This document shows positions 58,428 through 64,000 of a stretch of DNA of 64,000 nucleotides, piece after piece. This DNA is from Nibricoccus sp. Lineage in GTDB: Bacteria > Verrucomicrobiota > Verrucomicrobiia > Opitutales > Opitutaceae. Made by a program: the position numbers and the translations under genes. How positions within the stretch are numbered: the first letter of the stretch is position 1; every line of letters starts with the position of its first letter. The stretch covers positions 32,001 through 96,000 of the forward strand of contig JASGHG010000001.1 in the NCBI GenBank assembly GCA_047602425.1, in the 5' to 3' direction. The notes under the pieces were generated by a model. That model searched no databases, was not told where the DNA came from, and saw nothing but the letters and a program-made list of their open reading frames with translations.

Positions 58428-60794
58428 CTAACGCACGATCAGACCGAACGGCGTGTCGCTCAGATAGATTTTATAATCTTTGATTCGACCCGCGGCCTCC
58501 GGCTTGCCCCCGCGCGGCAAACAGCGAACGCCGCTCAGCCTGACTGTATCGCCCAGGTCGATAACCAGGCGGTGCGGTGGCGCGGCGGGAGACGGTGACA
58601 CCCCGGAATGCCAGCTCGAGGACGATTGTCCATCGAGCACATTGTCCGCTTCGCCGGAAAATTCCGCGGTTTCCTCACTGCTCGCCCAAAGCAATTTCCA
58701 TCCAACCTTCGAAACTGGCTTCCCATCCGTGTCGATAGCATCAAGTTCGGCCAGGGCGGCTACTGACTTGTCGCCGTGCGAACTCAACACCTCCACGCAC
58801 AAATATCGGCCGGTGGCTGCAGCCGCGAATTTCGCCCCGAGCCAGTCTGTTGAAATGGGGAAACTGCCGCTCGCGACGGGCGTAAGATTTTCGGTCACGA
58901 CTGCGCCGCGCGGACGTTCACGCCGCGCGAAATCCAACTCGGGATGCAACTCGTCGAGAATGGGTTTGCCCAATCCCGCGAGCCGCGGTTCGCGCGGGCC
59001 GATCAGGTCGAGCACCACGATTTCATTCGCCCCTGTACGCAGCCAGGGCCCCGGCAAATACATCGTCTGCGTCGGTCCAATATTCCAGAAACGCCCCAGG
59101 CAATGCCCGTTCACCCAAACCACGCCTTTACCCCAACTGTGCAGGTCAAGAAAGGTATCGCCTGCGTGGGGAATCTCGAACGTGCCACGCCAGAAGGCCG
59201 GACCACGCTTTTCGCGGACCGCGCTATATTTCAGCGCGGTCGGCGGCGTGTCACCCAATTGCAGCGGGAAAATTTCCCAGTTTTTCAATTCCATCGCGGG
59301 TTCGCGAGCTGCGCCAAACTCCACGGGCGCGTGCAGTCCTTTGCGATCATAGACTTCCACACCGAAATTCACCCGCCCCGCCGCCTCGATGACCATGTCG
59401 AGCTGTGCCGGCTTTTCCCGGGCTGGCAACTCCACGCGGTACCGCTTGGTCCTTCGGTCCATCACCCCGATCTGCTTGCCATCGACAAAGAGCCACGCGT
59501 AGTCATGTACAGCCTTCGCCGCGAGCACACCAGCCGGCCCGGCCGGCAATGTCGTGCGATAGACGATCACGCCCCGACTTTGGCCGTAAAACTCCATCGT
59601 GCGTGGCGTTTCGTCGTGCTGCACAGCGGGCAGGTTATCTAAAACCGGCGCCATTTCCTTCAATGCGAATGGAGCGATTTCAATCACCGGATTTGCCGCA
59701 GGCGGCAAAGGAAGTTTTTCGCCAGGCTCCAAGTACCGCGCCAGCACTTCACGCATTGCTTCAAACTTCGGCGTCACCCAACCGGCTTCGCTGATCGGCG
59801 CGTCATAATCGTAACTCGACGTGTCGGGGATGAAGGGCCGATCCGCACCCGACCAGAGGGCAAAACTCGTACCGCCATGCGCCATATAGATACTGAAGGA
59901 GTGACGATTTTTCAGCATGTAATCGAGATCGGCGACAATCGGTCCCGGCGCGCCGGTACGGTGCTTGCGCCCCCATACGTCGAACCACGCGGGATAATAC
60001 TCGCCGTTCATCAAGGGTCCGGTTTTTTGAAATTTCTTCAAGGTCTCGAATGCCTTCTGCGCCGCCCCCGCGCCGAAATTCACCACTTGAAAAAGATCAT
60101 CGCGATAGCCATTCGCGAGCGCGTTGGTGGGATTACAGGCAAACAGCGGCACATCGAAGCCCGCCTCAAGGAGGGTCTGCCGGAGTGCCCCCATGTACTC
60201 CACGTCCTTGCCGAATGAGCCGTACTCGTTTTCAACCTGAACCATCAGCAAGGAACCACCGCGGGTGATCTGCTGAGGCGCAAGCACACGACCGACTTCA
60301 TGCAGGTAACGTTTCGCCGGTTCTAAAAACTTCGGATCCGTTGAGCGCAGCGCAATTTTGTCATGCTTAACCAACCACCAGGGCAGTCCGCCCATCTCCC
60401 ACTCCGCGCAAGAATACGGTCCGGGACGCAAAATCACCCAAAGTCCCTCAGCCTGCGCCAACCGGCAAAATTCCGCAACGTCAGCCTGCCCGGTCCAATT
60501 GAAATGTCCTTCCTCCCATTCGTGGTAATTCCAAAACAAATACACGCAGACCGTGTTCAAGCCCAGCGCCCGGCACATCTGCAAGCGGTGCTGCCAATAC
60601 TCGCGGGGCACGCGCGGAAAATGAATTTCGCCGCAACGAATCACAAACGGTTTTCCATCGAGCAGGAAATCGGTCTCGCCAATGGCAAAGGTATGCTTTG
60701 CCCCCTCGGCTTGCACGACCGATACCGTCAACAAGAGACAAAGTGCAATGAAACAATGGCGAATGTTATTCGTGATCATAGGCGTGTGATTCAT
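58428..60794 (-). CDS. Beta-galactosidase GH35 with C-terminal F5/8 (CBM32-like) domains
   Basis: GEIHFPRVPREYW, LRPGPY.CAEWE.GG.P.W, QVENEYG, YMAHGGT, SYDYDAP and GR.W.IGP.QT.YLPG; signal peptide. Start is 60794 or 60779. Confidence 0.95.
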   Translation of the reverse strand: MNHTPMITNNIRHCFIALCLLLTVSVVQAEGAKHTFAIGETDFLLDGKPFVIRCGEIHFPRVPREYWQHRLQMCRALGLNTVCVYLFWNYHEWEEGHFNWTGQADVAEFCRLAQAEGLWVILRPGPYSCAEWEMGGLPWWLVKHDKIALRSTDPKFLEPAKRYLHEVGRVLAPQQITRGGSLLMVQVENEYGSFGKDVEYMGALRQTLLEAGFDVPLFACNPTNALANGYRDDLFQVVNFGAGAAQKAFETLKKFQKTGPLMNGEYYPAWFDVWGRKHRTGAPGPIVADLDYMLKNRHSFSIYMAHGGTSFALWSGADRPFIPDTSSYDYDAPISEAGWVTPKFEAMREVLARYLEPGEKLPLPPAANPVIEIAPFALKEMAPVLDNLPAVQHDETPRTMEFYGQSRGVIVYRTTLPAGPAGVLAAKAVHDYAWLFVDGKQIGVMDRRTKRYRVELPAREKPAQLDMVIEAAGRVNFGVEVYDRKGLHAPVEFGAAREPAMELKNWEIFPLQLGDTPPTALKYSAVREKRGPAFWRGTFEIPHAGDTFLDLHSWGKGVVWVNGHCLGRFWNIGPTQTMYLPGPWLRTGANEIVVLDLIGPREPRLAGLGKPILDELHPELDFARRERPRGAVVTENLTPVASGSFPISTDWLGAKFAAAATGRYLCVEVLSSHGDKSVAALAELDAIDTDGKPVSKVGWKLLWASSEETAEFSGEADNVLDGQSSSSWHSGVSPSPAAPPHRLVIDLGDTVRLSGVRCLPRGGKPEAAGRIKDYKIYLSDTPFGLIVR

Positions 60795-60901
60795 TGTGTT
60801 CGGAAACTTCCCCTCGCCAACGCGCAATTTTCTCTTCCGGTAAGAATATTTTTCCCTCGCGATACCCGATTTCCACGGTACCTCTGTTTGCACCACTCCC
60901 C

Positions 60902-62290
60902 ATGAAAATCACCCTGCAAGGCGCGGCCGGCGGCGAAGTCACAGGTTCCGCCTATCTCATCGAAACCAATCAAGCCAGAATTCTTGTCGATTGCGGCTTG
61001 TTTCAGGGCTCGCGCGAAGCCAGTGAACTCAATCACGCCGAGGTCGGCGCTCCCGGGCTGGACGCGGTGCTGCTCACCCATGCGCATCTTGACCATACAG
61101 GTCGCCTGCCGCTTCTAAATCATCACAATTTCACCGGTCCGATTTTCGCCACGCCGGCCACGATCGACATGACCGGTCTGATTCTGCGCGACGCCGCGAA
61201 GATCCAGGCGCAGGACGCCGACCGGCAAAATCGCAAACGGCTGCGCGCGGGCGAACCCCTCGTCGAACCACTCTACACCGCCGAAGAGGCCGAAAAAATC
61301 ATTCGCCTGCTCCGTCCCGTACCATACCTCCAGCCGGTCGCGGTCGCGCCGGGCATACAGGCTCGTTTTGCCGAGGCCGGCCACATGCTCGGCTCCGCCA
61401 GCATCGAACTGCAAATCGACGAGAATGGTAAACGCCGCACGGTGGTCTTTTCCGGCGATCTCGGCCCGAAAGGCGCATTGATCCTCCGCGATGCCGAACC
61501 ATTCGCCAAGGCCGACTTGTTATTTCTCGAATCGACCTATGGCGACCATGACCATCGCCCGTTTGCCGATACCGTGCGTGAATTCGTCGAAATCGTCAAA
61601 GAAGCTTCCGCCCAAAAAGGCAAACTTCTCGTGCCGACGTTCGCGGTCGGTCGCGCCCAAATGCTCACCGCATTGCTCGCCTGGATGTTTCGCCACAAAC
61701 ACGTCGCGCCCTTCCCTCTTTTCCTCGACAGTCCCATGGCGATCGAAGCCTCGGCCATCTACAACCGTCATACCGAACTCTTCGACGATGAGGCCATGGC
61801 TTTTCTTAAGGAAGGCCCCATTGCCAAGGACCTCGCCACGCTCCACTCGACCGTCACTCCCGAGGAATCGCGCCAAATCAACGATTGTCCCGGCCCTTGC
61901 CTGGTGATGGCCGGCGCGGGCATGTGCACCGCCGGTCGCATCCTACATCACCTGCGCCACAACCTTTGGAATCCCAACACTCACGTCCTGATCGTCGGCT
62001 ACCAAGGCCACGGCACACTCGGACGCCAACTGGTTGACGGAGCCAAAAAAGTTTCGATTTATGGTGAGCCTATCGCCGTGAAAGCGCGCATCCACACGCT
62101 CGGCGGTTTCAGCGCCCATGCGGGCCAGTCGGATTTGATGGCCTGGTTCGGCAAGCTCGCCGCTTCGAAACCCCGAGTCGTCCTCACCCACGGCGACACG
62201 GGCCCGCGCAACGCGTTGGCCAAGCTCATCGCCGAGCGCCACGGCATCACGCCTCAGCTGCCCAACGTGGGCGACACGATCACACTGTAG
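60902..62290 (+). CDS. MBL-fold beta-CASP ribonuclease
   Basis: GAAGGEVTGS, THAHLDHTG, AGHMLGS, FSGDLG, ESTYG, FAVGRAQ, FSAHA and THGD. Confidence 0.94.
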   Translation: MKITLQGAAGGEVTGSAYLIETNQARILVDCGLFQGSREASELNHAEVGAPGLDAVLLTHAHLDHTGRLPLLNHHNFTGPIFATPATIDMTGLILRDAAKIQAQDADRQNRKRLRAGEPLVEPLYTAEEAEKIIRLLRPVPYLQPVAVAPGIQARFAEAGHMLGSASIELQIDENGKRRTVVFSGDLGPKGALILRDAEPFAKADLLFLESTYGDHDHRPFADTVREFVEIVKEASAQKGKLLVPTFAVGRAQMLTALLAWMFRHKHVAPFPLFLDSPMAIEASAIYNRHTELFDDEAMAFLKEGPIAKDLATLHSTVTPEESRQINDCPGPCLVMAGAGMCTAGRILHHLRHNLWNPNTHVLIVGYQGHGTLGRQLVDGAKKVSIYGEPIAVKARIHTLGGFSAHAGQSDLMAWFGKLAASKPRVVLTHGDTGPRNALAKLIAERHGITPQLPNVGDTITL

Positions 62291-62327
62291 CCCACCTCTT
62301 CCGTACCCGGACGAGTGCCGTCTGCTA

Positions 62328-63998
62328 TCAACGCGCGGTCTCTGCCGTGGCGGAGTTCACCGGTACTAACCAGCGGCGATCGGTCGCAGCTTTGCCTAGA
62401 GCCGTGCGCGGACAGCGAATGACGAGCGTCTTGTAGAAAAGATCGGCACTCTGTGGATCACGTGCCGCGACCCACTGGCCCGCCACATTTAAAATCGTCG
62501 CAGTCAACTCGTCGTCATTTGGTAACAAGCCAGCCGCCAGCCATGCGAGTTCCGTAGCTCGGTAGCGATAGTGATAACGCCTAGACGGAATTTTCGCCTT
62601 CTGCGCACGATCAAGTTCATTACTCGATGGGCCGAAAATGCCATGACGTTTCCATAGGCTCTCCTCGTGTCCGTATTTCGCCATTACTGACCCTTGCCCA
62701 TCGTACGCCCGGTAACTCCAGGTAAGCGGCCACTGATAACTCCCATCCCAAATGGAATAGTCCGGCTCCAATTCCGTTCCTTGAATTTCCATTCCCAACA
62801 TTTGCACAAGCTTTGCTGCCTTCCAAAAAGATTCCGCCCGTGTTCGGGCCGACTGATCGAGGTCATAGGCCCTGCGTACCTCAGTCACATACAAATCAAA
62901 TGACGGCCTGAGTTTTTCTGGAAAAAATTCTGCCGCCTCATCGAACCTTCCGGAACGCACCAAACGCCGGGCCAACAGATATTGCAGGTCAAGGGGCTTC
63001 CATCGGCCTTTATCCTGGATGATACCTGGCCTTGCGGGTCGCTCTTCTCGGACAAATTTCAGCAGTTCGTCCACAGTCAACACATACTCTGCGACATAGG
63101 CCGCATCGCTCGCATGTCCTGAACCAAGAAAAAGGCGTAGTGCATCGGTGTATTTTTCCCGGCTCAACGCCAGTACGCCTCGAACACCACCCAGGTGCTT
63201 CATAGGCGCGGTACGCAAAGGTTGTTGCTCCATCTCCCCGTAGCACTCCCACCGACTAGAATCATATTCGATACCACCAATCACAGAATCCTTAGAAAAA
63301 TATCTGGATGCGTTGGCCATGTGTTCCGCTGCATCGTCGGTCTTTCCGGATCGCAGCAACAGCATCGCTCGCACCCACTCGCTCGTCGGCGTGTCCTTGG
63401 GCGCAAGTTCGGCAAAGTGTTGCGCATCCTCCCAAAGGCCGGCTTGATAAGCCACCCAGCAATAACGGTCGGCTTCATTCGCTGCCAGTTCCTGATCCGC
63501 CATTTCGCGCAATATGCGAAGCCATCCAGTCAGATGCTGCGCAGAATCTGCGTTCGACCAGTGCAATCGTGGACCGCCCCTCGCCGCAAACCACGCCGCA
63601 ACGACGCCCCGCAATTCCTTCTCCGCTGCAATTCGCCTCAATTGGTAGTCGGAAGCCGGATACGGTTTAATTTCCCGGATCAAGCCTGTGGAACCTTGCC
63701 CGCCATTCTCAATGATGTCAGGCGTTCCTTGAAAGACTCGTTGCAGAGTGAATTGCAGCGACGCGAGCGCGGTCGAATCTCCGTGCGCGAACTGTTTGAA
63801 ATACAATTTCAACGCAGTTGCATAGTCGCCGCTGCGGAAATAAGTGCGTGCATCCCAGCCTAAACTCGCCATAAACAACTCCTGACTATCTGCAAAACCC
63901 TGCTCGGCCGCCTCTCGCGCCAGAGCCATTGCTTCACGTGCCTTTGCTGGTTCCGTCGCCCACAGCATTCTTCCAATCATATACGCCGCCCAAACCGT
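62328..63998 (-). CDS. Large TPR-like helical hypothetical protein (5' end beyond the window)
   Basis: Frame is open to the right edge (..TVWAAYMIGR); helical repeats; C-terminal RYHYRY.A..LA..AA.LLP...RC..T.LG; AT-richer codon usage. Confidence 0.75.
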   Translation of the reverse strand, partial: TVWAAYMIGRMLWATEPAKAREAMALAREAAEQGFADSQELFMASLGWDARTYFRSGDYATALKLYFKQFAHGDSTALASLQFTLQRVFQGTPDIIENGGQGSTGLIREIKPYPASDYQLRRIAAEKELRGVVAAWFAARGGPRLHWSNADSAQHLTGWLRILREMADQELAANEADRYCWVAYQAGLWEDAQHFAELAPKDTPTSEWVRAMLLLRSGKTDDAAEHMANASRYFSKDSVIGGIEYDSSRWECYGEMEQQPLRTAPMKHLGGVRGVLALSREKYTDALRLFLGSGHASDAAYVAEYVLTVDELLKFVREERPARPGIIQDKGRWKPLDLQYLLARRLVRSGRFDEAAEFFPEKLRPSFDLYVTEVRRAYDLDQSARTRAESFWKAAKLVQMLGMEIQGTELEPDYSIWDGSYQWPLTWSYRAYDGQGSVMAKYGHEESLWKRHGIFGPSSNELDRAQKAKIPSRRYHYRYRATELAWLAAGLLPNDDELTATILNVAGQWVAARDPQSADLFYKTLVIRCPRTALGKAATDRRWLVPVNSATAETAR

Positions 63999-64000
63999 CC

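Overview
High-GC bacterial chromosomal window, most likely Verrucomicrobiota/Opitutaceae (inferred from gene content, protein style and the long three-domain IspG; not verified by search). The core backbone is uppS-cdsA-dxr-rseP-ispG, a DnaA-box-containing intergenic region followed by a dnaA with no dnaN behind it, priA-waaA, gpmI, tRNA-Gly(CCC), ybaB-recR, rplU-rpmA, aas and an NtrC-type regulator, interspersed with accessory genes. The best candidate for an undescribed system is at 49.4-51.6 kb. There a MamK-like actin with no other magnetosome genes nearby sits behind a putative adaptor gene and converges on a small HTH gene. That HTH gene carries two copies of a 17-bp palindrome (GTCAT-N7-ATGAC), and a third copy lies upstream of a large SF1 helicase-nuclease gene. 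Other highlights: an ABC-ATPase + TOPRIM-like (DUF4276/PARIS-like) candidate defence pair whose nuclease gene has a 1-nt frameshift, a fatty-acid-hydroxylase/HlyIII(PAQR) fusion, a DUF2017-like/ClpS fusion, a secreted tandem bulb-lectin with aromatic inserts, a 21-bp degenerate tandem repeat, and many short periodic (6/7/9-10-nt) repeat elements, three of them in frame inside ispG. No CRISPR array, rRNA, integrase or transposase was recognised. All family assignments come from motif recognition by eye, not database searches.
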